Assembly (NCBI RefSeq): GCF_006345805.1
Contig: NC_043005.1
Span: 45,880,001-45,944,000 of the forward strand
DNA: 64,000 nucleotides
Direction of reading: 5' to 3'
Source: Octopus sinensis
Lineage: Eukaryota
Shown: positions 1-14,526 of the stretch, piece after piece
Position numbering within the stretch: position 1 is the first letter of the stretch
Layout of the letters: every line of letters starts with the position of its first letter
Notes under the pieces: generated by a model
The model's input: the letters and a program-made list of their open reading frames with translations, nothing else
Told to the model about the DNA's origin: nothing
The model's database searches: none
Program-made: the position numbers and the translations under genes

Positions 1-3000
1 ACGTTCAGTGTAAGTCTTCCACTTACACACTTAGACAATTTTAGAGGGCCAAAAATTCCATGGGAAATGCAACAGAATTTGGAAAGATAGTGATGATGTC
101 TGAATGTTTCACAATACTATTGATCTGTATACCAGAAATTATGGTAGCTATTTATAATACACATAGAATGTTTTCTGCATGACTGGATACATAATCTCAT
201 GTTTTACGTGAAACATATCTTCCGTGTGGTGACATGTGGCAAAAGCTAGTTTTTGAACAAGTCATGTTGGAACAAACAATTCAAGTGTTGTAATATAAAA
301 ATAAGCCAGTAGAAATAATGTTATAAATCATTGAAGCTTGCCGTAAGACATCTAACAAGCCATACATGCCATGCACACCAATTTCCCCAACTTCACATTC
401 TACCGCAATAAAACCAAACCTCGTATTTGATATGAACACTCGAATTTTTGTTTTGTTTGCTCTAGGTAAATTTAATTGATATGAAACATGATATTTCTTC
501 ATGTTGAAATTACCATTAGGTGTGTGGGTGTGTGGATGTGTGGGTGTGTGGATGTGTGGGTGTGTGTGTGGGTGCATGAGCATGCATGTATATGCAGTAG
601 TGGAGTAAAAAAGCATAATTTCATAAAGCTATTTTTGAACTGATAAGGAAAATTGATAAATAAAACAAAGCATTCACAAAGAGAAGTCAATTAAGTGTAA
701 GAGAGTTTCATAAATGAAACTGCCAATACATGTTTTAAAGTCATGCATCCAAATAAGTTATGGTTTATTGTTGTCCTTTGATCTTATATTTTGTTTTATG
801 CCTTCAGGTTTCAAAAACGGAAAGATGTTCTACCTCTCCTTCTCTCTCTCTCTCTCTTTCTGTCTTTGAGGTGGGCATAGGTATCAGAGTGGCATCAGTT
901 ACACGTTTGTAATGCATGTACAGAAGTACCAGAACTAATTCTTGTGCTCAAACACACAGAATAAGTCACACGCTCATAAAAAAACAATCATAAACATTGT
1001 CCTCAAAAGATATATACCAACAGATACATAAATTGAAAAGAGCACAAATACATACTGACAAACCTATATATATATATATATATATCTGTGTGTGTGTGTC
1101 TGTGCATATGCATATTCACACACATATATACACTTACACACACACAGGCACAGGCACACACACACACACACCTAGAAATAGAATAATCAATAGTATTGCT
1201 ATATTTGCTGGCTACTGTTGTTTGTTGTTGTTGTTGTTTAACTTTGATCGCTTCTAATCCTATAGAGCAGTGGTTCTCGGTCTTTTTGATTCTGTTCTAC
1301 ATTGAAGATCAAACAAATAATTATTGGTGCATTTCCCAGGGAAAGTGGGAAAATAAAAAAAATGCTTTAAAGTTGAAAATTTAAAATAAAAGAACGATAA
1401 ATATATAAAATTATTCCAGATCTTGTTTTTATTTATCTTACCTATTTATAATGAACATAGGGGATAACTCACTTTTAAAGATGCTCAAACAGAAGTGATT
1501 CACTGAAGCCTTAAATTATGTTTTTAAAAATCTGCTATGCACTTAGATATTATGTAAGGAATAACACTGTACTGTAGAACGCCATTTGGGAGCCAGTGCT
1601 GTAGACCTATAACACAGGAATACAGGAAGACAAGCTAGTGACACCAATCCACAAACACAACATGGTACAAAGTCTGATTCCAAAAAGGTCCATTTCTATC
1701 CTTGACACTCTGGCTACTGATTCCAATGTTATTGACTTGACTAGGGTCAATATTCAAAGAGTATAATTTTCCTGAACCATGATGTGCATCTTAGTCCATT
1801 TCTCTTTGAGCATTATTTTACAGGTAGATGTATGGCTGTGTGCTAAGAAGTTTCCTTCCCAACCATGTGGTTTTGGGTTCAGTCCCACTGCATGACACCT
1901 TGGGTAAGTATCTTCTATTATATAGCCTTGGGTCAACCTTGTGAGTGAATTTGATAGATGGAAATTGAAAGAAGCCAGTTTTTGTAGAGATATGTGTGTG
2001 TTTATGTGCATGATTTTGTTCCCCCCACCACCACTTGATATAAAAGTGTTGGTTTATCGACATCACAGTAACCCAGATGATTGATACAATAAGTACCAGA
2101 CTTTAAAAAAAGTGCACTGGGGTTGATTTGTCCAACTAAACTCTTCAAGATGCTCCCCACCCCAGCATGGCCACAATCCAATGACAACAAAGCAAGACTT
2201 GCTGAATTACAGATACAATCTATCAGAGAGCTTCCTAACAGCATCCATCTACTCAATTTCACTCATAAAGCTCAAGTTGGTTTCCAGCTCAGGTTAAAGA
2301 TTTTTTCCTAAGATACTATGCAGTGGTATTGAACCCAAGGCCTCTTCATTGCAAAATAAACCTCTTAACCATTTGGCCATGCAACATTCATGCCTCATAA
2401 ATACATGAATGCATGACTACACTAAAAAGACACTTTCAACTGTTTTACATTAAAGATATAAATTTAAAAAAAGCTGGTACTTCAATGACATACAAAGGAA
2501 ATGTTACTTCCACCTATATCAAAGAATGAACTAATGTTATTCGATTCTCAAGGTTAAAGGAAGGAAAAGAAAATCTTTGTTCAGACAGTTGTAGATTAAA
2601 TTGTAAGGATATTTGAATAATTGCTAGTTGAAGTAAAAAAGTTATGTTGCTATTATATCTGATGTGAAACAATGTCAACTCATATACACAGCATGTCTCA
2701 ATGACATATAATAGCCTTTCTAATTTGGCTACAGATGTTGATAGAGATTATCAAGTATTTATCAGAACACATTTCACGGTACAACACAGATGTAATAGAA
2801 GTAATAGTCAACACTAATTAAATAAGGCAACTAATACAATTTATCTATTGTATTCAACAAGTATCAAAACAAAAACAAACAAAAAACCCCGATGTCCAAG
2901 GAAACTAATGATGGTCAGCATTAGCAAAAATTATATATATTAATAAATATTAGCATCCTTTTCTCCACAAGACATATGAACTTATCCAAGCTCACAGACT

Positions 3001-6000
3001 CTATTGTATTCTGGTTTTAATTAACATCTCATTTCTTTTTGTCTCACTAGTGTAATTAGAATGCTAATGAAGTAATAATTATTTTCCTTCAGCTATTATA
3101 TCCAACTGTGACCTGTCCAAATATCAGGTCTGTAACGAGGAAAGTTTAAACTAAAACAACATTCTTATCTTCAACTTTTATTATTATTGTTGTTGTTGTT
3201 ATTATTATAATTTCTTCATAGTTCTTTTTTAATTCTGTTCATAGCTTATTTATTTATTTACCTTGCTAATGGTCTCACCATTGTTCTAAATTCTGACACC
3301 AACATTTGGTTTCCATCACTATTTTGCACCATAAACTGAGGTGTGAGCTTAAAATCAACAGCAATATTCTTTTATACAGATAAGAGAGTCAGCTGGTAGA
3401 ATCATTAGCATGCGGGGGGGGGGGGGGTACAATTTGTCTTCAATTTTGAGTTCAAATTCTGCCAAGGTCCACTTTGCTTTTCACCCTTTTGGGGTCAACA
3501 TAATAAGTATCAGCTAAGCATTGGGGTCAATGTAATCGACTTACCCCTTCTCCCGAAATTGCTGGCTTTGCGCCAAAATTTGAAATCAAAATATTTTTTA
3601 TGCAGAAGGATTTAAGTTAAAGGAAAAATATAAACACCCAAGGAGATGACTAGCAAGTATAATAACCATCTTTATTATGATTAGTATTCTGAGCAACATT
3701 TTAGTATCCCATGTGCCTGCACACGCACACACACACACACACACACAATAGTTTTGTGTGGGAGGGGTGACTACAATATCAGCCAAAAAAAGGGCTTTTT
3801 AAGTTTTGTTTAGAAAGGCCCCACCAAAACTAATGTTGTGCTTCATGTGCCTTTTAAACTTTTAATGATGTGTGTATGTGGGGTGGTTACCATAATTGAC
3901 AGCTTGAAAGCATATTAATATATACAAGATGCCTCAATTTTGGCAGGGCTTTGAAAAGAAAAAAAAATTTTAACCCAGTTTTTGCCTGATATTTGTAATT
4001 CTTCATCACCTGTCAACATATCAAGGAATATTAAAGTCTGAAGTGTTCATATAATAATGAAATCACACTATTCTCTGTTTAAGAATTTAAACCCTTTCAT
4101 AATTTTTTCTAAAATACAAGCTTATGTATGTCAATTAAATTCTAAAATATTTGTGAATTCTGACTAGTTTTGTAACTAAATTTCAAAGATAATTCAATTT
4201 ATCATTTAACTTTTACTTGTTTCAGTCATTTGACTGGGATCATGCTGGGGCATGGACAAGAGAGGGAGGCGAGAGGGTGGGGGAGAGAATTGAAGCTGAA
4301 TAGACTGTCAGGAGTCAAGTCTGGTATTGAGAGTTATTTCTTGTTTTCATTGATTGTTGCAGATATTTCCATGTTCTTTGGCTCATTGTGAGACAGACAG
4401 ACAGACATACATACACACACGCGCATGTGCATGTGTGCAGCAAACATGTAATAAAATCCTAGCAACCAATAAAAGACTAAATTTACATCCCCTGTGAAGG
4501 GGGATTTCTTATAGATGATAAGTCATCTCGTTTTACACAGGTAATGTGATAAATGTCTGCCGATTACGTTGACACATCACCATAATTTATCTTAAATGTG
4601 TGGACTGATATAAACACACGTTTGGATAACATCAAACAAATATTCAGTTTGTAGTTATAAAGTACAGTAAGTGTATAAAATCTTAGCAATTAGTCCATTA
4701 TTGAAAAATCAGTTTTGTACTTGATGACATCTGAGATACATGCATCATAAGAACATACACTCAAACACACACACTTTAAGCTTATGCCAATAACATAAGG
4801 GTCTACAGTTTGCCTCAGAGCACTTGTGAAAATCTTAGTTTAACAAGTGCTATGACATGGAAAAGAGAGGCAAGGAGAGGGAGGGAGGGAGAAGGAGGGG
4901 GAAAGTGAGAAAGCGTACTTATGTCAAAACTATGTCAAAACCCTTGTCAAAATCTAGTTTCACAAGTGCCCTGGCACAAACTGTAAGCCTTTGAGTCACT
5001 GGCATAAAATGCATGTCTGTGTATATGTGTATGGGGGGTGGGGGTTAAAATTTCACTTTACAACCACATGTTTTTCAGTTTCAATTCCACTGTGTTCACT
5101 TCTAAATATTTTGTTATACTACAAGATAGTATAAATTCCCAGCTATTACTAATCTCTGTGCTGTGTGTGAACTTGACAAAATATATTTAGTAATTTACCC
5201 TGCTCAAATTCAATTCCTTTTATAGAAAAAAAAACTGACCTGCAACACCAGGATGTTCTTTTAAGAGAGAGAAGACTCAGAATCACAAAAACTAGAGACA
5301 GTGACATTGCACCCAGTTTCCAGAAAATTGAGTTTGTAGCATAGCTTCAACCCTAGGATGTATCATTTCTTGTTCTTTTTTTTCCTCGTGTCTGCCAGTC
5401 TTAGCCAAGAGAAAAACTCAGAAGGATAGATTTCATCAAGATGTTTTGCACTTCAAGCAGTTTTAAATATACAAGTCACCAAGATCCAAGTGGCTAAAAA
5501 GTGTCAGTAGAAGAGTACTGTAATGGGAGAATCCTGAACACCCCCACATGACTGAAGGTGGACTAACCAATTAGGTTAGAAGTGAAGTTGACAGTGTTAG
5601 TTCAACCGTATTGGTTAACCATATTAGTTCAACATGTGCTGGTTTAACAGTCGGTAGTTGAACAGTGAATACTGAGTATCATACTTACGTTTGAGTAGTA
5701 AGGAGTGTTCTGTGTTAACATATATTTCTGCAGTAGGCTATTTTTATATAACCACAACCAATTATTTATTTGTGTAATACCATTTTACACCAGACATGTA
5801 TACTAACATCATAGCAGGTACCCTGGAGTCATGACCTAGCTGCAGCTTGGCTCCCTTAGAATGTAAGAATTTAAGGGTCAAAACACTTGCCTGGGTGGGG
5901 TTTCTTCTCCAAGACCTGCTGTTCAGCTCTCTTGAGAGTTTCTTAACACAAGAATATGGATCCTAATGGCTAAAGAGTCAGTTATTGTTAAGTTCTAAAC

Positions 6001-6087
6001 CTTTTGCCATCCTGTCACATGCTTGCAAAATAATAATTTTTTGTTACTCTTTTTTAAATTCCTGTATTCCATGCTGATGCCAAATAG

Positions 6088-6269
6088 AAAGCACCTGTGC
6101 TGGTTCTACATAATAAGCACCTGTGCTGGTTCCACAGAGAAAGCACCTGTGCTGGTTCCACAGAGAAAGCACCTGTGCTGGTTCCACAGAGAAAGCACCT
6201 GTGCTGGTACCACAGAGAAAGCACCTGTGCTGGTGCCACATAAAAAGCACCTGTGTTGGTGCCATGTAA
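6088..6269. repeat. 26-bp minisatellite, 7 copies, inside a family-C SINE
   Basis: Unit AAAGCACCTGTGCTGGTTCCACAGAG, head-to-tail with no spacers. Confidence 0.92.
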
Positions 6270-6714
6270 AAAGCATCCAGTACACTCTGTAAAACAGTTG
6301 GTGTTAGGAAGGGCATCCAGCCATAGAAACCATGCCAAAACAGACAGTAGGAACCTGGTGTGGCTCTCCAGCTTTCTAGCTTCTTTCAAACTGTCCAATC
6401 CATGCCAGAATGGAAAATGGATGTTGAATGATGATAATGATAATGTACTTCAAATAATCATTAACTCCAACAGCCACAAAAACTCGAAGTGCACATAGCT
6501 GCAATTCAATTATTGAAGTTGTTGGGGGCCTGAAAAACAGAAATTAAACACTCTTGTGCAACAAACAAATTTTAGCCTCACCCCAAGAAATCTTTTGACA
6601 AGAACTTCAATCTGTCTGCTCAAGGGGCAATTTGTTTTCTTTTCGTTTTATCAAGTGAATTTCTTCAAATATTTTTCTTCTTTTTATTTGCAGTTAACAT
6701 CTCAAGCAGTGAGT

Positions 6715-6749
<35 letters not shown>

Positions 6750-6860
6750 AATTATTGTGTATAGTGCTCAGGTGCACTACAACTCATCAAAGATACATGT
6801 ACAATATATAGAATTATGTGCAAAAGCTAGGGAAGTGAACAGTGCATGAGTCATGATATA

Positions 6861-7915
6861 CAGGGTGCGTAAAGTATTTGAGGACATGCCTTTTTTGGGT
6901 CATTGCTGCATTTTTTGCTAACTCTGTATAATCTTTGTTTCAGAAAATAATAATGGCAGACCCTCAGCTTACTCAAGAAATGAAGAGGCATGCTGTTATT
7001 GTGGTCATAATGGCTGAGCATGGCGATTTAGAAATATCTCGAATTTTAAAAGTTGTCAGATCTTTCGTCTACAAAGTTTGTAAAGAGCTAGAGACTGAAG
7101 ATGGAAACGTATAACCAATATCAAAGCATTAAAAGCATTCTAAACGCTCTGAAACCATCAGAACACCTGAATTTATCCAACAAGTTCAACAGACCATCGA
7201 TTACAATCCCAGAAAGTCCATGAGGTCAATTGCAAAAGATCGCCATGTGTCAGAAGGAACAGTCAAAATGTTGTTCACAAAGACACCAGATATAAGTCTT
7301 ATATGATGAGGAAAGGTCAATTTGTCAGAAAAAGCAGAAGAAAAATCACTTCATCAGATCTAAAAGGCTCTGAAACAAACTGAAAAATGCAGCAGAAGAT
7401 TTGATTTGGTTTTTCTCGAATGAAAAAAATTTTAAACAAGATCAAAATGTTAACAGAAGAAATGACATGGTTATTCTGCAGTTCCAAGTGTTATGCATAC
7501 AAAACTTCCTGCAACTGTCATAGTTTTAGAGGTTGTCAACAATGTGGGACATGTGCCTTCTTACTTCTTTCCACAAGAGCTTAGAGTTAACTCTGCCGCC
7601 TACATTGAGGTCCTGGAAATGATTGTTAAGCCCTGGATAGACAGTGTATGCAATGGAGGGCCATATGTATTTCAGAAAGACTCTGCACTATCACACATGG
7701 CTCTAGTAACACAGGAATGGATGGCTGAAAATTTTTATGATCACATAACCCCTAATATTTGGCCTCCTAATTGTTCAGATCTCAATCCATGGGACTATTA
7801 TATGTGGAATGCTGTTGAGAGGGAGGTCAATGAACATGCTCATAACATCAAAGATTCTTTGAAAGCTGCTGTAGTCAGAGTAATGTCCAAAATGAACCAG
7901 GGCCACTTGATTTGA
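6861..7915 (+). mobile_element. Decayed maT (DD37D) Tc1/mariner transposon, right end missing
   Basis: TA|CAGGGTG left terminus. The transposase starts at ATG 6953 (MADPQLTQEMKRHAVIV...) and includes IWFFSNEKNF (first D changed to N) and QKDSALSH...WPPNCSDLNPWDY, with 37 residues between the last two aspartates. Stops and frameshifts interrupt the N-terminal half. Confidence 0.88.
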
Positions 7916-9360
7916 GCATGTACATGTGTGCATGTGCACAGAGGTGGGGGGTATCAGGTGTAGTGTTGGTGAATTTCAGGAAGCATGAAGGTTTTAAAGG
8001 ATGCAATGTCTCAGCAGCTAATAACTAATGCAGGTAGTTTGTTCCATGCTTCAGCAACTCTGAGTGTGAAAAAATGTTTCTGAAAGTCATGGGAGCTGTG
8101 CTGCTTTCTGACTTCATAGGCATGCCCATGTGAGTTAGAATTCAGTAATATTATTTATTACTGAGGCAGCAAGCTGGCAGAATCATTAGCATTTCAGGCA
8201 AGATGCTTAGTGGCATTTCATCTGTCTTTGTGTTCTGAGTTCAAATTCTGCTAAGGTCAACTTTGCCTTTCATTCTTTCAGTGTTGATGTAACTAACTTA
8301 ACTTCTGTGAAATTCCTGGCTTTGTGCCAAAATTTGAAATCAGTATCATTTATTAGTGTTATAATCATTAATAATTTAACTAGAGAGAAAGAAAGTTTAG
8401 ATTTGGAAAAACTAAAATGATGTCACCAGTACAAAGCAGTTATCTAAGAAATATTGAGATTTATTGATTTTGAACAGGAGTGGTGTTACCATACAGTTGA
8501 AATTGCATCAATGCTGTTAAAAAAATGTAAGCATTAATCTACTAATCTATTTTAATTTATTAATCTATTTTAAATGTAGAGCCTTTGCATACGGTGGTTT
8601 TATGAGGAGATTGTAATTATTGTAACAAGAGTAAATAACATTAATTTCTTAGGGCTTACAAAATGTTTGAGTGGAGGAAATGAAGGTCACCTATGCATAA
8701 TCAACTACTTATATTCAACATACCTGTGGGGGTCATGAAACTGACATGAAAATAGGTAAGAAATCAAAAAATAAAATAAATCTCAAACACAGAATAACTA
8801 AGAAAATCAGATAAAGACCCTTAGAAGATGGGAAAAAAAGTAGTCAGCAAGTTATTATACGGGATCAAACCCTGTACCTCTCAAATTCCAGTTGAGTGTT
8901 TTGTACCATAAGTTAAGAAGCCCATGACAACAGATACCATCTTTTATAATGCTAAATAATAGCTTTTAGAATGTGAGAACATTTTTATCAACAAACTTTG
9001 ACTTGCCACCTGAATTAGTATTTTGCAGAAGAGAGAGGAAATTGTGAATGTAGAATAGCTCTATTTTATGTAAAGTACCATCTCACTTGGCACTTTGAAC
9101 GTTGTATATAAAAAAAATGATCTCACAGGTAAAAATCAAATGCACAATGTACTCCAATTATCAAGATATCATGTCAGCAAATATCATCCAAATCCATGCA
9201 ATAGTTATATTTTTATGATTTCTATACTGCATTAACTGCATTTTCTGCAAAATCTCTAGTTTTTTTTTTTAAACAGGATTGGGAGATTTACATACACAGA
9301 AAGCACTACAGAAATCTAAGAATTAATAAAAAAAAAAATTCCCCAAAATAGGACTGTATA

Positions 9361-9755
9361 GGTGCAGGAGTGGCTGTGTGGTAAGTAGCTTGTTTACCAA
9401 CCACATGGTTCCAGGTTCAGTCCCATTGCATGGCACCTTGGGTAAGTGTCTTCTACTACAGCCTCAGGCCAACCAAAGCCTTGTCAGTGGATTTGGTAGA
9501 CGGAAACTGAAAGAAGCCTGTCATATGTGTGTGTGTGTGTATGTTTGTGTGTCTGTATTGTCCACCCCCAACATTACATGACAACCAATGCTGGTGTATT
9601 TACGTCCCCGTCACTTAGCGGTTTGGCAAGAGAGACCGATAGAATAAGTACTAGGCTTACAAAGAATAAGTCCTGGGGTTGATTTGCTCAACTAAAGGCA
9701 GTGCTCTAGCATGACTGCAGTCAAATGACTGAAACAAATAAAAGAATAAAAAGAA
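9361..9755 (+). mobile_element. SINE family A (tRNA-like head), full length
   Basis: Head GGTGCAGGAGTGGCTGTGTGGTAAG...GGTTCAGTCCCA (A/B-box-like), conserved body, TG linker and a ...GACTGAAACAAATAAAAG tail. Confidence 0.85.
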
Positions 9756-12152
9756 AAATACTTAACATTTGACATTTGTTTTTTTTTTATTTGCCCTATA
9801 TGTTGGTGTTGTATCCCTAATGCCTGTCTTTGTCTTATTGAATATTCATGAACATTTAACGTTTTACCCAATATTTCACAGTAGATTTTGTCTTCACAGC
9901 TATTTTAAAATTATACTGAAACAATTTGGGTCATGGCTCATAGGTCGAAAATTGTTGGGTTAAAGTGTTAGACTTTTTCCACTTATCACAGTATCGACCA
10001 GACCATTGATGCTGTTATACACTGCTGGTCATAATGCACTTTCAGTTCTGTCTTGATTGCACTATTCTTTTCCATCATAACCCAAATTGCTTGACAAGAT
10101 CATCTTACAATAGTTGCAGAGACCTTCCACGTAACCTTTTCTACTCTCTTGGATACTACTCAGCAACTGCACAGATCCACCTGTTGTCTGTGAACTTTGC
10201 AACATGTCCAACCCAGTGGAACTTGTGCTTTCAGTACTCTGCAACCCACTTATATTTTACTGATAACATGAAAATTCCAGTACATTAAATTAAAAATAAA
10301 TTCCTTTTATCAAAAAAATATAATTGAGAAGAAATAGGATATCTCATAGATAGAGAGAATATCTGTTTTAGATTTGCTATTATTCAAGAAATACAGAAAA
10401 AGAAAAAATCTGAGAACCAGCTTTAATGCTATTAATTTTGATATCAAAATGTTTTAAATCTAAATGTATTTATATGGTAGAGTCTCACATATGTGATTCA
10501 GTGAATTGAAAATCTTTGATCAACAGAGATTAAATGCATTTATGTTTGTTGAAATATAGCAGTTTTATCATTTAATATATGATGCATAAAGAGAATATTT
10601 CAACAGAATATTGTTATTGAATAATTTTAAGATATTTGAAAAATATATAGTTACATTTTATGTAAATAGATCGTTATATTTCATGACTTTAAGTTAAATC
10701 ATTTGTTCATTCATTTGCTTTGCATTTATTTTTTTCCCTGCTAGCATGAGTTAGATAAATACATATTATTGATATTTTTATAATTACTTGCAAATAAAAA
10801 GTATTTGTAAATTTTTACTGCTGGTGATTTTTATTTTTTTTTTTTCATCTGTGAATGGTTTTAACTTCTACTCTATATATAAACCCATTATTGCCACAGT
10901 CAGTTTAAACTAATTTTCACAATATACAGTAATGCTCAAGATAAAAATTGTCAGGAGAATTGATAAATACAATATCATATTACATGCAAATCATTCATAG
11001 CACTAAAAATATTTGAATACCTTTCCTTGAAAGATCACCATCATCATCATCATTTAACATCCATGTCCCATGCTGTCAAGGGTTGGACAGTTTAACAAGA
11101 TCTGACAGATTCTAGGACTGCGCTGTCTCTACTTTATAGGCTTTCTACTATTGGATTCCCTTCCTAATACCAACCACTTTACAGCATGTACTTGGTGCAT
11201 TTTACGTGTCAACTGCACTATTGAAGTTGCCATGCAGGTCACAGGACTACAAACTCAAGGGATGGTAGAGATTGGAGACTAAAGGTTGAGGGAACTACAA
11301 AGCCCAGGGAAGGTCGGGATTGGTTTTATGCTAGGGAATTAAACTATAATGAATGGGTGGTTAGAACAGATTTTTGTAGAGGATCTGCATGTTTACTCAC
11401 ATTTTAGTAGAAGAGTGGAAAGATAAAAGAAAAATTATCAGATGCAAAGAGCTAGAGAGTGACAATGAGATATCCAGGTGACCCCCTCAAAGGACAATGT
11501 GAATAGAGGTAAGTGGATAAGTTATCAGTAATACTGTTTACAATTTAATGTACATCATTAACATCATCTTACCATCTATTTTCCACAATTAAATTGGTCA
11601 GATTAAAGTACATTGAAATACCATTTTCTATAGCCAGATGCCCTTACTATCATCAAAGCCAACTTATTTCAAAGTGAGGTAATTATATTCTCCTAGTCTA
11701 TTAAACAACAACCTGGACATGGTTACATGGACAACAGGAAACAAATGACACCTTATGACTGAGCCTTTTTCTTTACAAAACTCATGTAACATTTCATGAC
11801 CTGTCAAGAAGCACAGTCATGATTTTTCAGAAGAACTGCAAGCAAATGATATAATCAGCAAGGCCACTGTTCACAACCATCAAGCAAACAAGAAAGCAAG
11901 GGAAATACAAACTCACATGAGTACACACATATACATCATTTTTCTAATATCCACTTTTTCAATGCTTGCATGGAACAGACAGAGTTTGTTGAGGCAAATT
12001 TTTCTAAAGCCAGATGCCCTTCCTGTCACAAACTTTTACCTATTTTCAAGCCAGGTAATATTTCTCTAAGGCACATTTCCACAGAGTAGTGGAAATGAAT
12101 GATGCTCTTTTTATGTCAGTAACACTCACAAAGCCAAGATATGAAAATACAA

Positions 12153-12191
<39 letters not shown>

Positions 12192-12484
12192 TGTATGTAG
12201 CTCCTGTCTACCAAATTGATTCACAAGGTGTCGTAGTGTGGCTGAACGCAGAACCATGTGGCTGGGAAACAAACTTCTCATCCACATGACCATACCTACC
12301 TACACACACATTTCGTCTGTCGTTACGTTCTGAGTTCAAATTCCGCCAAGGTCGACTTTGCCTTTCATCCTTTCGGGGTCGATAAATTAAGTACCAGTTA
12401 CGCACTGGGGTTGATGTAATCAACTTAATCCCTTTGTCTGTCCTTGTTTGTCCCCTCTATGTTTAGCCCTTGTGGGCAGTAAAG

Positions 12485-12535
<51 letters not shown>

Positions 12536-14526
12536 TGTGCATATACACACATACACACAATGGGATTTAGTTTCCAACAACCATATCTACTCACAAAGTT
12601 TTGGACAGCTTGGGGCTGTGGCAGAAGACACTTGTCCAAGTACTATGCAGTGTGATTGAACTAAAACCAGGTGGTTGGGGAATAAACTCAACTGTATAGC
12701 TATATCTGTCCGCTACACAGCCATTCCTGCATTCTAGCCAGCCCTCTTAGTGTTAATATAATACAAGTCTTCTAATAAACTTTCTCTCCTCATAATGGGT
12801 CAAATACAGAAGACCTATGATATAGCTGCAGTTATTATTGCAAAAATAACTGTATCAGGGAAAGTGGGACTATGCTGAATAATATTTCAATAAGTTTCTA
12901 CTGACTTCTCTCTTTCTAATTAATGAACTATGATCAACATGATCAATAATGACTTCCTTCCAGTGAAATGCTTTGATTATATAGCTTTTCTAGCTCTCCA
13001 GCCTCTGCAATATAACTAACAGATACTGATGTTCATTTTTTTCATTACACTATACTGAAGAGGCCCATCCATAATGAAACAGAAGCTATAAGTAGCTTAC
13101 AGTTGAAGCAAAAGAAAAAAATAAATAAAAGCATAAAAATAATTTCTTCTATCTTTTACTGGTTTCAGTCATTCGACTGTGGCCATGCTGGGGCACCACT
13201 TTGAAGAATTATTAGTTGAATGAATCAATCCCAGTACTTCGGGTTTTTTTTTTAAGACTGGTACTTCTTCCATTGGTCTCCTTTGTTGAACCGCTAAGTT
13301 ACAAGGACGTAAAACACACCAACAGTGGTTGTCAAGCAGTGATGGAGGAACAAAACACAGATATACATATAAATATATGTATTCAATAACAAATTAAAAG
13401 CAGCACTAGTGGTGTAAACATGCTTGTGCTACATAAAAAGCACTGGTATTGGCACCACATAGAAAACATCCAGTTCACTGAAAAGTATTTGGTGTTAGGA
13501 AGGACATCCAGCCATTGAAACTATGGCAAAACAGGCAATTAGAGCCTGATACAGCCCTTGGCTTGTCAGTTAGTCAAACTGTCCAACCCATGCCAGCATG
13601 GAAATCAGACATCAAATAATGATGATAATGATGGCTGGGTATTCCACAGATATGTATAACCTTAATGGAATATTCAAGTAGAATTAGTGAGTGACAAGGC
13701 TGAACGTTCGGATTACATGTACAAACCAACTGACAGGTTTCTATCTATACATGTAACATAAAAGTTGTGACCACCTGAAGCTATAGTTAAAGAACATGCC
13801 TAAGATACCATGCAGTGCAATCAAATCTGAAACCTCATGGTTGAAAAGTAAACATCTTAATCATGCAGACAAATAAGTGTGTGTATATGTATATGACAAA
13901 TAAGTGTGTGTATGTATATAGGCATGGGATTAAAAAAAATTGATGCAGCAAACAACAATACCAGATATTCTGTTGTGCCACAGTTGCATTCTTTTGCACT
14001 CAAGTTGTTCTCCCTTCCTTACAAGGTTGATAGAATAATTACCAGACAAAGAATATGAATCAATATAATTGATTGGAACCCTTGAAAGTGGTGCCCCCCA
14101 CAATGGCATCAATCTAATAACTGAAAGTAATAAAAAGAAGAATAATTGTTTTTTTATCCATTTATACTGAAATGGACAAAAGAAGTTAAAAAACCAATGA
14201 TGACGCTGGTTTCAATTTCAATTAAGTGTCTTTGCAATCACATCAGAATACTAGATCAGACTGTGAGGCCTATTTACTCTAGAATGTTTTTGGGTTATTG
14301 ACCCATCTTTTGTGGTTGAAGAACAGAAAAGCAAAATTTAAAAGACCCATGATATTATGATCAATAAGAATTTTTAGATACGTCTGATTAAAACATAATA
14401 TTAAATATTTTTCTTAAATAATAATTTACATACCTTATTGAAAAATAAAAATAAAAAGGAAACTTATTTTTCAAATGCCTACTCAAAACATATAGAATAA
14501 AATCAAAGTAGAATATGAAAGCTTAC

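Noticed and set aside
5689-5727. Possible 39-nt minus-strand exon (CAG acceptor, GTAAGT donor) downstream of the SLCO exon
   Set aside because: The polypyrimidine tract is weak, and the phase-1 translation (EIYVNTEHSLLLK) does not resemble the expected next OATP segment containing GP..G.
6088-6269. CRISPR-like regular repeats
   Set aside because: Units are contiguous with no unique spacers, there are no cas genes, and the array lies inside a eukaryotic SINE.
9361-9430. tRNA-like A/B-box heads here and at about 8860, 23881 and 56191
   Set aside because: No complete cloverleaf could be drawn, and each intact head continues into SINE body sequence, so I did not call tRNA genes.
13055-13090. 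CTGAAGA...GAAAC hammerhead-like spacing
   Set aside because: The intervening GGCCCATCCATAAT cannot form stem II, and there is no stem III or NUH site.
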